NCBI GenBank assembly: GCA_964362535.1
Contig: CAYIEN010000005.1
Coordinates: 1,320 to 65,319 of the forward strand
Direction of reading: 5' to 3'
Source: an uncultured Methanosarcinales archaeon
GTDB taxonomy: Archaea; Nanobdellota; Nanobdellia; Woesearchaeales; ARS49
Length of the DNA stretch: 64,000 nt
Positions 50,501 through 59,800 of this stretch are shown piece by piece. The notes under the pieces are model-generated. The model saw nothing but the letters and a program-made list of their open reading frames with translations, was not told the DNA's origin and did not search any database. Numbering within the stretch: the stretch's first letter is position 1; each line of letters opens with the position of its first letter. The position numbers and the translations under genes are program-made.

Positions 50501-53500
50501 TGTCGAGCACGGTCGTGTTCGAGCTGTTCAGCAATTGCAGCGAGGTGAGATTTGTGCTTTGAAGTGTGTTTGCTCGGAGCAACGTGTTGTTGGTGATGTT
50601 GACTCGTATGAATGTACCGTTCACGCCAGTGATGTTGTTGAACGCAATTGTCAAATTTTCAACCATGTTCACCCAGATTCCAGTGTCGGTGACGTTCGTG
50701 ATGTTGTTTCCCGTGATGTTGAGGTTCTTGACGTCGCGCGCGTAGATGCCGCTGCCAGTGCTGCTCGCGAGTCCCGCAAACCTGATGGTATTGTTGACGA
50801 TGGTGATGTTCTGGCTGAGGTTCAATACGACGATGCCGTGGCCTCCAGTGCCGTTGATGATGTTGTGGATGATGGTGATGTTGTGGTTCGGCGAATTGTT
50901 TGTGTAAAGGTTGATGCCCGCTCCTCCGGCCGCAAGATGGTCTGTGATGAGGTTACGGATGAAAGTAGAATTTTCGCTGTGTCTCGCGACGAAAATGCCG
51001 TCGTTTGTGTTGTTGGTGATGGTGTTGTTTTCGATCCAGATACCGAATCCTGGCGTCAGCGCGATGCCGAGATAGTTGCCTTGGATGTAGTTGAAGGAGA
51101 TGTTGTGTCCGGTGTCGTTGCTGATATCAATGCCATCATCACCGTTGTTGAGGACGCGGTTGTATGCGACGATGCTGCTATTGCTTCGGATGAGTTGAAT
51201 GCCGTCGTCAGAGTTGTCGATGGCGGTGTTGTTGATGATGCGGTTGTTGTTTGAGCGGTTGGAGACGGCAATGCCGTTGTTGAATCCTGTTCCTGCGGCA
51301 CGCGCTGCAGTGTTGTTCGTAACATTGTTGAAATTACTGTCAAACAGGATGATGTTGTTGTCTCCGTTACGCGAGGCGTTGTTGAGGTCGACGACACTCA
51401 GGTTGGTTGTATCAAGGACGATGCCGTCGTCGGAGTTGTTGCGCACGAGGTTACCGCGCACGATGTTTGTCAGTGAGAGGTTGAGCACGAGGCCGTCTTC
51501 GCCGTTCGCGAATACGGTGTTGTTGATGACGGAGTTGTTGTCGCTTTGAGTAATGAGTATACCGGTGTTTTGATTGCTGAAGACGGTGTTATTGATGAGT
51601 ATGTTTTCTTTTGAGTTCACGGTAATCGTGATTCCATTAGAATAGACGTCGCCGTGCGCGTTGTCGGCAGTATTGTTGGTGAAGTTGTTGTACCATCCAG
51701 CTGCGAGGAGGATGTTCGTGTCAAAGTTACGGCTTGCGTTGTTGTGGCTAATGATGCTTGTGTTGGTACTTCGGATATCGAAGCCGTCATCGGAATTGTT
51801 CAGCGCGGTGTTGTTGAAGAGGGTTGCATTCTTGACGCGCGAGAATACAACGCCGTCCGTGAAGTTTGTAATCATGCAATTTTGGATGGTGATGTTGTTG
51901 AGTGCGGATGCGTTGATGCCATGCTGGCCTTCGGAACGGTTTCCGCGGAGCCAGTAGCCGTTGCAGTTAAGATTGATGTCGTTTGCAGTGATGTTGAAGC
52001 ACGTGCTGAAATTGCCGAACATGGAAAGGTTTTGGCTGACACGATAGTTGCCGCTGGTGTTAAGAATGCGGCACGTGTCTGTCTGAATGTCTCCGGTAAC
52101 GGTGGTGTTGATGGTGGTATTTTTGGTGTTGAAAATGCCTGTTGTGTTAATCCACGAAATGTTTGCGGTGTTGTTGAGCAGCGTTGCGTTGAAAACGGTG
52201 CTGTTGACGAGTACGCTAATGTTGACAGTGTAAACTTGGCCGGAAGTTAAATTTCCGATGAGGAACGTGTTGTTGCCGATGCCGATGGGGATAGGACTTG
52301 CCAAACTAAACGTTACGTTCGCGTCATAGGTATCGGTCAGCGTCAGGTTATACGCGGTGTCCGTGCCGGTGTTGTTGATAGTGACCGTATAATTCAGTAG
52401 GGTGCCGATTGTAACCGGATCAGACAAATCAATTTTGGTCAGCGTGACATTTGTAACGTTCGGTGTCGGGGCCGGCTCGTCTGTACCGATTGAAAAGTTA
52501 TACAGTTCAGGCGTGTACGTGATGTTTTCCGTACCCATCTGTAGTTGGTACTGGAAGTAACGGTTATCAGCGATGCTCAGCGTTTGCGGTGACACAGTTG
52601 TATTGAACTCAGTCATTGACTCCCCGCTACACGCTGCGTCATCGCAACTTCGTACACCGGTCAAATTCAGCGTGTGAATTCCTCGTTCGTAGAGGCGGAG
52701 AATTTCGTCATCCGAAAGCGTTCGATTCCAGAGTGCTGCTTCATCCATGAATCCTTGGAAGTGTTGCGATGTGAACACGCGGTTGTACGCGATGTCGACA
52801 GGTTGGCTGTTGGTGTCAATTACGCCGGTTTTTGCAGTGGCTGCTTCGCGTTTTCCGTTCACGTATACGACGACAGTGGTGCCGTTGTACGTTCCCGCGA
52901 CATGCATCCATGTATCGACCGGAACGCGTGTCGTGCTTGTCGCGGTCGCTCCTACGCCTCCGCTCGAGATGGAAAAATCGACTTTTCTTGCGCCTGCGGT
53001 ATTGTCGAGATCAAGCCCCCAAAGTGAGTAAGGCGGGTCATTTGACGTGTGCGGTTTAACCCAGATACGTTCGAAGTCAATCAGTCCGGTGGGTCGTATC
53101 CAGATGGACATAGTCATGTGGTCTATCATGCCGAATGATGTTGTGTCATTGATAGACACTCGGTCCGATTCGGATGACGTAAAAAAGATGGAGTGATTGC
53201 CCAATTTTGTCGTTGACGTAAACAGACCGCCGGGAGAAACGGAGGTTATATCCCCATTGTGTCCGCGTCCGCTGAAGTCATATGCCCAGGAGGTGCTTTC
53301 GCCGAATGCGGCATCGTTATTGAAGTGCATAAGCAAAAGCAAATCACTCATGTTAACGTAATGCTGCTGGGCATCCTGAATGCTATCGTTACGGAAATTT
53401 GGCAGTTCGCCTATCGGGCTGCTTTTCCAACTGACGTTCTTCCACGTTACCGCATGGCCGACATCGATAATCTGAGATGTGAAATTACCGGTGTTGTTTC

Positions 53501-56500
53501 CAGCAGTGATGTTGATGATGGGGGCTGTGAAATTGAACAGGGTAGCGAAGAACGTGCCTGCATTAAATCCGTAACGTGTTTGGTTCGTGGCGTTAATCAC
53601 GAATGTTCCTGACGGCGAAACTGTTTCTGGAATGGGAGGGGTTTCCTGTGCTGCGAAGGAAGTCCAGTGACTGACGTTAAAGGTGTAGACATTGCCGGAA
53701 TAGCTTGTTTCTGTGCAGACATCCGCTGGGCAGGCAACATAGGTGTCAAGACTTGAATAGTCGACCATGGGAGTCGGGTCAGTCAGTACAATGCTGTTCA
53801 GCGTGATACTGGCACTGCGATTGAAGGCGGTCAAATTTGAGCTGTTGACGACCGTTCGGTTAAGTGTTATATTGATTTTGTTCTGCGTGATGTTGACGGT
53901 TCCGTTGAGATGTATTTGGTCAGGGAATCTGATGGTGCCGTTGTTTGCTGCGAAAGTGATGTTGGTGAGGTTGACGAATGTGTTTTCGCCGAGCAATATC
54001 CAGATGGATGGTGCGTTGAGGATTGTGTTCGTGAAGTTTGTGTTGTTTGCGTTGTTGAGATTTATCGCATGGCTCGAGAGGGATGTTGTTGTGCTGAAAT
54101 TGTTGTTGGTGAACGTGTTGTTGCTTGATGCCGAACCAAGCCCGATGCCTGTTGTTGCATTGAGGATGCTGTTGTTGCGGAAATTGTTGAATCCGCTGCC
54201 GGTTCCCACCGAAAGTCCTGTGCTCGCATTTACGCGGTTGTTTGTTATGTTGTTGTTTGCCGCGCCGGCGAGTGCAATGCCGATGCTGTTTGCCGTGATA
54301 AAGTTCGCGTCGATGACGTTGCCGGTCGCATTCGTTCCTCCGAGCGCGACATAAACAAAAATGTCAACGCCCGTAAACGTCGCGTTGATGGTGTTGTTGC
54401 GTACGGTATTGTTGCTTGTCTGGTACAAATAAACTCCTGTGCCTGTTCCGATGGGGTTCACGTAATTTGTCGTGACGTTGTTTGCTTTACTCGGACCACT
54501 GATGGCTATGCCATATGCATACGCTGAAATTTCACTTGCCCAAAGACTGTTGTTGATGATTTGGTTATAATGAGAGTCTCCGCTGAGGGTTACTGCGGGG
54601 TACCAAATGTCTGCAATGATTGATCCGCTGTCTGAAACGTTTGCGCGCACGTTATTGTGTGCTAGGTTGTTACGGGAAGAATCAACGAGGTCGATTCCAG
54701 TGGAAGGTCTACCGTCGATAAATATGGTGTTGTTCAGGATGGTGCTGTTTTCAGCAAACGCATCCTGCCAGATGCCTCGCACACTGGTGGATGTATTGAT
54801 AGTGATGAAGGTGAGATTAATTGCAGTATTGGTGACTGCATTGGTCAGGCGGATTCCATTGGGAGTTCCTATTGTTTTGCTTATGATGGTATTGTTCTTG
54901 ATGGTGTTATTCACGCTGTAATCAGCAACAAAAATGCCATAAGACGTGGCGGTGCTGTTCATGATGAGTGTGTTGTTCGAGATAACGCTGTTGTTGACCG
55001 TTGTGAAGTTGATGTTTGCGCTGTCCGTACCCGTAATACTCGCGTCCTGAATGATGCAGTTTTTCACCGTCAAGTTGTTCTTGAACGTGGCCAATACTCC
55101 ATATGCCGCTCCTGAACCGGAAGAGTCGTACGTGATGGTGTATCCCGCGCAATCGAGAGTGATATTACTCGCGCCAAGTGTAAGGCATGTTCCGGTGCCG
55201 GTGATGCCCGCAGTCAAGGTTGTGCTTGTTGTCAGTGTGTCTCCGCACGCTACTGCTGCTTCTTGCGCACGGTAACTTGTCCAGTGACTAATGTTGAATC
55301 GCAACGTGTCGGTTGTGCTGCTCGTTTCGGTGCAGATGTCTGCGGGGCACACGGCATATGAAAGTGTATCTCCGTAGTCGACACCTGGGACTGAATTGGT
55401 GAATGTGGTGCCTGTGTGGTTGAGGACAATGAACGCGCTGGTGTTCATGTTGCTGAGGTTGGTGGTGTTGAGGTATGCCCTGTTGTTCGAGATGTTGAGT
55501 GTGGTTGTGTTAACTTCTTGAGAAATATTTGCTTGGAAGAAAGAGAGCCGTATGCTTCCGTTGCTGTTGGCGAATGTTGTGTTCGTGAAGTTGTTGTTGA
55601 CCAAGGAGTTATTGATAGTAAACCAGGAATTGTTGGAATAGATGGTCATGTTCCAGAACGTGTTGTTCGCGCTGCCGTGCCTGATGCGGAGCACATCAAG
55701 CGTGCCGTAATAGAGTGTGTTGTTAGTGAAATTATTGTTGTGGCTCTGGATGACATCGATATTTTGTCCTAAGGTCTCAGATATGTTGTTGAACGCGATG
55801 AACGAATAATTCGTGCCATCCATCGTGAGGCCGTCGTCTCCGCCAATACCTATGTTGTTGCCAGTGACGTTGATTGACGTCGCGTTCCACAGGACGATTG
55901 CGTCGTCACCGCTGCCAACGATGGTGTTGTTCGCGATGACTGAGTCGTTCAGCCACGCGCTGTTGATGCCGTCGTTCTGGTTGTTGATGAACGTGTTGTT
56001 GATGATGCGGTAGCTTGCGGGTCCGCTGCCGGGAACGATTGATGAGCCTCTGAATATTTGTATGCCGTGCGACGTCAAAGAGCCACGCGCGTTCACAAGT
56101 GTGTTGTTGGTGATGTTGATGTACCAACCAGATATCTCAAAGTTGTTGTCGGTGTTGTTAGCAGCAAAATTGTGACTCACGACGGTCTGGTTGTTGTTGC
56201 TCAAGTCCAATCCATCGTCAGAGTTGTTGAAGAGGGTGTTGTTGAAGATGGTGCCGTTCCTTCCGCGGGTGAAGAAGATGCCGTCGCTGAAGTTGGAGAT
56301 GATGCAGTTTTGAACGGTAATATTAATACGTGAACTAGCGTTGACGCCGTGCTGATCAAGACCGCGATTGCCGGTGATGCTAAATCCGAGGCAGTCAAGA
56401 ATGATGTTGTTGGCGGTGATGTTGAAGCATGCTGATCCGATAGTGCTCACGTTTGCGGAGAGCTGGTAGGTTTCGCCTTGTCGGGAGAGGTTTGTGCATT

Positions 56501-56864
56501 CGGAAAGGACGGTGGTTGCAGCAATGCTGAACCCTTCGGTGCCGAAGCCGGTTGTTTCGAGTGGTGCGGGGGCAGGAGCGGTTTCAGGGTCAGAAGTTTC
56601 TACAGGGGGAGTGTCAACTGGAGTGTCAGGAATTGTTTCTTCAGGGCTTGTTTCGGCAGGGATAGTTTCTGCGAGTGGTTCAGCGGGAATGATTTCAGGC
56701 ACTATTGTTTCTTCAACGGGCGCTGCGGTGAACATTCCTGTTGGTGTTCCGTTTTGTCCGAGGAATAAAGCAGTTGCTAGAACGAACATTACAAAAATTG
56801 CCAAGAGCAACGTCTGCCTGCCCTGTTCGCGGGGCGTGGCGTTGGTTCGTCGCGTCTGTTTCAT
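47499..56864 (-). CDS. giant (3121-aa) surface protein
   Basis: Uninterrupted 9.4-kb ORF. Architecture in order:
- N-terminal signal anchor.
- Three parallel beta-helix (NosD/PbH1-like) blocks.
- LamG-like domain (about nt 52675-53330).
- Six DUF11-type repeats.
- Gly8 hinge, Cys-knot, C-terminal TMs and a basic tail.
Repeated N-N-T/S...D-G-(I/L) rungs, saturated with N-x-S/T sequons. Confidence 0.85.
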   Translation of the reverse strand: MKQTRRTNATPREQGRQTLLLAIFVMFVLATALFLGQNGTPTGMFTAAPVEETIVPEIIPAEPLAETIPAETSPEETIPDTPVDTPPVETSDPETAPAPAPLETTGFGTEGFSIAATTVLSECTNLSRQGETYQLSANVSTIGSACFNITANNIILDCLGFSITGNRGLDQHGVNASSRINITVQNCIISNFSDGIFFTRGRNGTIFNNTLFNNSDDGLDLSNNNQTVVSHNFAANNTDNNFEISGWYINITNNTLVNARGSLTSHGIQIFRGSSIVPGSGPASYRIINNTFINNQNDGINSAWLNDSVIANNTIVGSGDDAIVLWNATSINVTGNNIGIGGDDGLTMDGTNYSFIAFNNISETLGQNIDVIQSHNNNFTNNTLYYGTLDVLRIRHGSANNTFWNMTIYSNNSWFTINNSLVNNNFTNTTFANSNGSIRLSFFQANISQEVNTTTLNISNNRAYLNTTNLSNMNTSAFIVLNHTGTTFTNSVPGVDYGDTLSYAVCPADICTETSSTTDTLRFNISHWTSYRAQEAAVACGDTLTTSTTLTAGITGTGTCLTLGASNITLDCAGYTITYDSSGSGAAYGVLATFKNNLTVKNCIIQDASITGTDSANINFTTVNNSVISNNTLIMNSTATSYGIFVADYSVNNTIKNNTIISKTIGTPNGIRLTNAVTNTAINLTFITINTSTSVRGIWQDAFAENSTILNNTIFIDGRPSTGIDLVDSSRNNLAHNNVRANVSDSGSIIADIWYPAVTLSGDSHYNQIINNSLWASEISAYAYGIAISGPSKANNVTTNYVNPIGTGTGVYLYQTSNNTVRNNTINATFTGVDIFVYVALGGTNATGNVIDANFITANSIGIALAGAANNNITNNRVNASTGLSVGTGSGFNNFRNNSILNATTGIGLGSASSNNTFTNNNFSTTTSLSSHAINLNNANNTNFTNTILNAPSIWILLGENTFVNLTNITFAANNGTIRFPDQIHLNGTVNITQNKINITLNRTVVNSSNLTAFNRSASITLNSIVLTDPTPMVDYSSLDTYVACPADVCTETSYSGNVYTFNVSHWTSFAAQETPPIPETVSPSGTFVINATNQTRYGFNAGTFFATLFNFTAPIINITAGNNTGNFTSQIIDVGHAVTWKNVSWKSSPIGELPNFRNDSIQDAQQHYVNMSDLLLLMHFNNDAAFGESTSWAYDFSGRGHNGDITSVSPGGLFTSTTKLGNHSIFFTSSESDRVSINDTTSFGMIDHMTMSIWIRPTGLIDFERIWVKPHTSNDPPYSLWGLDLDNTAGARKVDFSISSGGVGATATSTTRVPVDTWMHVAGTYNGTTVVVYVNGKREAATAKTGVIDTNSQPVDIAYNRVFTSQHFQGFMDEAALWNRTLSDDEILRLYERGIHTLNLTGVRSCDDAACSGESMTEFNTTVSPQTLSIADNRYFQYQLQMGTENITYTPELYNFSIGTDEPAPTPNVTNVTLTKIDLSDPVTIGTLLNYTVTINNTGTDTAYNLTLTDTYDANVTFSLASPIPIGIGNNTFLIGNLTSGQVYTVNISVLVNSTVFNATLLNNTANISWINTTGIFNTKNTTINTTVTGDIQTDTCRILNTSGNYRVSQNLSMFGNFSTCFNITANDINLNCNGYWLRGNRSEGQHGINASALNNITIQNCMITNFTDGVVFSRVKNATLFNNTALNNSDDGFDIRSTNTSIISHNNASRNFDTNILLAAGWYNNFTNNTADNAHGDVYSNGITITVNSKENILINNTVFSNQNTGILITQSDNNSVINNTVFANGEDGLVLNLSLTNIVRGNLVRNNSDDGIVLDTTNLSVVDLNNASRNGDNNIILFDSNFNNVTNNTAARAAGTGFNNGIAVSNRSNNNRIINNTAIDNSDDGIQLIRSNSSIVAYNRVLNNGDDGIDISNDTGHNISFNYIQGNYLGIALTPGFGIWIENNTITNNTNDGIFVARHSENSTFIRNLITDHLAAGGAGINLYTNNSPNHNITIIHNIINGTGGHGIVVLNLSQNITIVNNTIRFAGLASSTGSGIYARDVKNLNITGNNITNVTDTGIWVNMVENLTIAFNNITGVNGTFIRVNITNNTLLRANTLQSTNLTSLQLLNSSNTTVLDSPFKNYTMTSSGITIRTTSVGQIEFNNRSMTVTGTNFTNETRIATNNLTVKNPLFNSSANLTLFGLTFTNAVALIDAEDDGTYLNCSAAVCTNTSYDGSTFKFNVSHWTTFSSEEQSSLGVLSYNFTNISVRKTDTPDPVNMSSLLNYTINITSVGTGMAYNITVNDTYPAEVRYISSSPSPVAGTNGTFSIGNISAGTSYLVNITVLTLNMSNNTLITNNVNVSYFNETGTYLTNNASTTTTVLDNTPLNSTTITLTKTDVTDPVAVGSLLNYTITINLTNGSANNLTLSDTYSAFVRYNTSQPTPVTGTNNTFIINNLTQGQVYVVNISVLVQEAANATVFNNFANLSYINSTGAFRTLNTTINTTIVNEPVYNYTNLSILKTDNIDPVNVSTQLNYTILLNITNGTAYNITVNETYPSGVVFSTASPSPLADNRSFLIGNLTSGTLYRINITVNVSNSFANNTVINNTANVTYQNETGAFVTYSSIQNTTVLTLPGELNLTNFTFTKTDAPDPVTVSTYLNYTINLTNNGNNTLFNVTVSDAYSPSIRFNNSAPSPFAGTNDTFILNNLTPGQTYVVNITVLVLNVSNATTFNNTANVSFFNATGAFFTQNTTITTTAINLLAYNTTNISVVKSDVTDPVNFSVLLNYTISITSTGTGIAYNVTLNETYPSEVRFISASPSPIAGSNTSFLIGNISSGGIYVVNISVLTLNISNGTVINNTANVSFVNETGYRTNVSDSEQTTVQNITTDPTPDPSPTPSSSSSGGGGGGGGYVPPVVPAITCVESWICDDWNSCTDGSHTRDCLDVAGCGTTTLKPDTTESCAEAVSIFEIPNVLVVLRDLFTNNNWFTSHLALILTATGSLVLALLLELWLRRRFLHAHAVYALEAGLLFGLALYALDPTQISSHLLTGLLLASGVSFAALFFIEFFRHGSINVKAQLTQTRTPVPTQRPSILNKVTNLLQNRSVTTHKQVDASRTQVTKINLELARIKRDLKKR
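48300..50125 (-). repeat. five tandem DUF11-type (~125-aa) coding repeats within the 3121-aa gene
   Basis: Each unit: (K/T)xDxxDPV...LLNYT(I/V)...YN(I/V/L)T(V/L)x(D/E)TY...GN(I/L)(T/S)xGxxYxVNI(T/S)VL. A sixth copy lies at about 52095-52450. Confidence 0.7.
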
Positions 56865-56889
56865 CTCTCTGATTGTGACTGCTTGAATT

Positions 56890-59800
56890 TCATTTTTTGA
56901 GTTTGCGACGGAGCGCGTCGAGTTCTTTGTTGAGGTCGTCGAGTTCGTCGCGGAGTTCTGCGTGGTTCGCGTTGAGTTTGCTTTTTTTGCCCGGCACTAT
57001 TTTTTGGGTGAATTTGCGTCGTAATGTTTCGAGCGCGGAGTCTGCTTGTTCTAATTTCTGGTGAGCGTCCTGGTGGGGGGCTTCGTCGTGGTGTCCAGAG
57101 TCAATGGTGGACGGGAATGGTTTGGGTTGGTATTGTGGCGAGGCTCGCGGTACGCGGATGGGAGGAATATCGATGGGTACTGCGGGTCGTTTCACTGCTG
57201 GTTTCGGCATCGGCACGCTGGGCATGCGCGGCATGACGAATTTTGGAATGGTTGGGATAGGCGTGGCAGGTCGTTGTGCGTCAATGAGTGCAGCAATGGC
57301 TGAGGGTTTTTTGCGTTCGAGCAAAATAAGTACGACATAGACCAGTCCTGTTCCGGTGAGTATGAGAACCCACGTCCAAGGTCTGTCTGCGCAGATGCCG
57401 CTCAATAATAACACGAGGGCGAGGGCGAAAAGAACAAACGCTTCGCCGGTGTAGAGCCAACGGATGCGAATGTTTGTTTTGTGGAGCCAGCGTTTGATGA
57501 GGTAGGTTGCCGCGATGGAGAGCGCTGCGATAAGCAAGATAATGGCGAGGAAGTCTTTGGTGACGCAGAGTGCTTCGAAGGTAAAGACGTCTGCGCAGTC
57601 GCCGGGGCAATTCAACGAGTCCTCTCCTTCGCCGCACCAGCCGTTGCCGCATGCGCAGCCGCTAGGATCGTATCGTTGTTCGTCGCGGAGGAGTTTGCCG
57701 ACGACGAGGTACTGGTCGGCTGCGTTGCAATTTTCGATGGGGACGCTGACGTAGGTGGTGTATCCAGAGCGTGCTTGTTCTGTGGGTGTGCTTTCGGATG
57801 CAATGATTCGTTGGGTGACTCGTATGCCGAGGTCGTTGTCGATCAGGTCTGTATGTGTCAAATTTAATTCGTAAAAGTCAGTGCAGGCGTTGTCGAGATG
57901 GTCGTCGCCGACTTTTTGCGCGCTGGTGACCGTGATGAGTCCGTCGTTTTTGAGGATGTTTCCATCTGGGTCTTTGAAGAGGTCGAGGTTGAAGCCGTAG
58001 GGTCTGATTCCTGCGATGACGCGGTAATCAATGCCTGGTACGCGTGGAACGTTTTTGCCGGTGACGGATGCTTGGATAAGGTCGGAGTGGACGTTGAAGA
58101 TTTTTGCGACGGTGCGTTGGTTGATGAGCCAATCAAACATGTTTTCGATGGTTTGCACGGCGGGTGAGCCTTCGGTTGGCGTTCCAATCAAAATAATTTT
58201 TTTGATTTTGTGGATGTCGTCTCCGCGGGTGTATGCGTCCCAGACTGCTTGTTGGGTGATGAGTCCGCCGGCGCTGTGTCCGACGATGACGAACTGGTCG
58301 TATTGGCTGGCGCGGGTGAGCAATGCATCAGCGAGTGCGTTCGAAATTTCAGTGAGTGATTTGCTCGGGGGGTAGGCGAAGGTCCATGCGTCGAAGGGGG
58401 CGTGGTTTGCTTTCATGTCTTCAATCATGGAGTTGAACGTTGAGGCATCGCTGAATGCGCCGTGGACAAAGACGACTGCGGTGCGCGTGTCGGGCGAACT
58501 ATAAACGTTATCGAATGCGGTTCCTTGGCAGGGGTTGCAGGTTGTTCCGAGGACTGCGAAGATGATGTGTCCTTGTTTGATGAGCGCGGTGAGGTCAGTG
58601 GTATGTGCGGTGATGACTCCTGAGTCTTGGAGTGTGCTGTCGAGGACGTGCCAGCTTGTTCCGTCGAAATAATAGACGCCAATAGTACTTTTATCGATGG
58701 AGCTTGTTGTCGGCGCGGGCATCGTGATGGTCGCGGGCAGAGGTCCGTTTGCGGATTGTATTTCGATGACGAGGGGGTTGCCGAGGATGACGAGGCTGGG
58801 GTTTGTGGGAGATGGTATGGCGCTGTTGGGTTCGGAGAGTCTTGCTTCAGCAACTCCGGTTATTTCGAGGGAGTAGGGGCCTTGTCGGAGTATGCTGTTG
58901 CCTGGCGCGAGCGGGGCAAAGCTTGTTTCGAATGTGGCGATTTCTGTGGGGAGGAATACGTTTTCTTTTTGCGTTTCTTGTTTAGTGGTTTCTTCGCCGA
59001 GAGTGGTGTCTCCGCAGGGGATGGCTATGTGGCTTGTTTCTTCAATAGTGATTTCTTGACATTCTCCTGCGGCGCATTTCAGGACTTTGTAGTCGGAGTA
59101 GGAGTCAGATACGCCGAGGGTGATGTCGACGTGTTCTCCGGCGCAGGCGAGTTTGAAGGGGGATGATACTGCTATGTATCCATCTGGTACTGCTGCGGTG
59201 AGGTCGAGGGTGCTGGTGGTGGCGCTGAGGCTTGTCGAGACTCCTCCTGTTCCGACTGCGCACGTGACGGGCGTTCCTGCGAAAAGTTCGCCGTACACAA
59301 TCGGGACGACTGGTGCGGGGAGTTCGATGACGGGGAGTAATTCACAGGCTTTGCTGAGTGCGGGTCTGATGGTGGTGGTGCCGCAGCCGACGGAATCGAA
59401 GCAGGTTCGTTTTTGTGTGCCGAGAAGACAGGGTCCCCATTCGTCGCAAGTCCAGCTTTCGATGCAGGGGACGCACGTTCCGCCTGTGCAGAGTTCTCCT
59501 GTGGCGCAGGGGTCGTATTCGAGTGTGGTGCAAGTGCTTTTTTTGACGCAGGAATAGTGTCCGTATGCGGAGCAAACTCCGGTGCCGAGTGTGCACGCAT
59601 CTGAACATCCTCCGCCACCGCCCCCACCACCGCTTGGAGGTGCGGCTGCTGCGGTGATGCTGGTGTCAACTGAATCAGTTGTGGATGTGAGTGTTCCGCT
59701 GACAAAGTAGGTGGTGTTTGCGCTGCTGCTGATTGTTCCACTCGCGCTTCCAGAAACGCTGGTGGTGATGTTGACGGTGTAGCTTCCGACGGTGAGATTG

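Noticed and set aside
48300-52450. CRISPR array or diversity-generating-retroelement (TR/VR) interpretation of the repeated DNA in the giant gene.
   Set aside because: The repeats are ~375-nt in-frame coding units diverged at DNA level, not short identical repeats with spacers. No reverse transcriptase, no near-identical template/variable pair with A-specific mismatches, and no cas genes are present.
47780-56886. Dozens of 60-270-aa ORFs on the plus strand and in off-frames inside the 3121-aa gene, e.g. 50436-51254, 51654-52250, 53767-54354 and 56494-56886.
   Set aside because: All are nested in or antisense to one uninterrupted 9.4-kb ORF with clear domain content. Their V/D/C/F-rich translations are what the complement of Asn/Thr/Ile-rich repeats produces. 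No promoter or SD precedes them.
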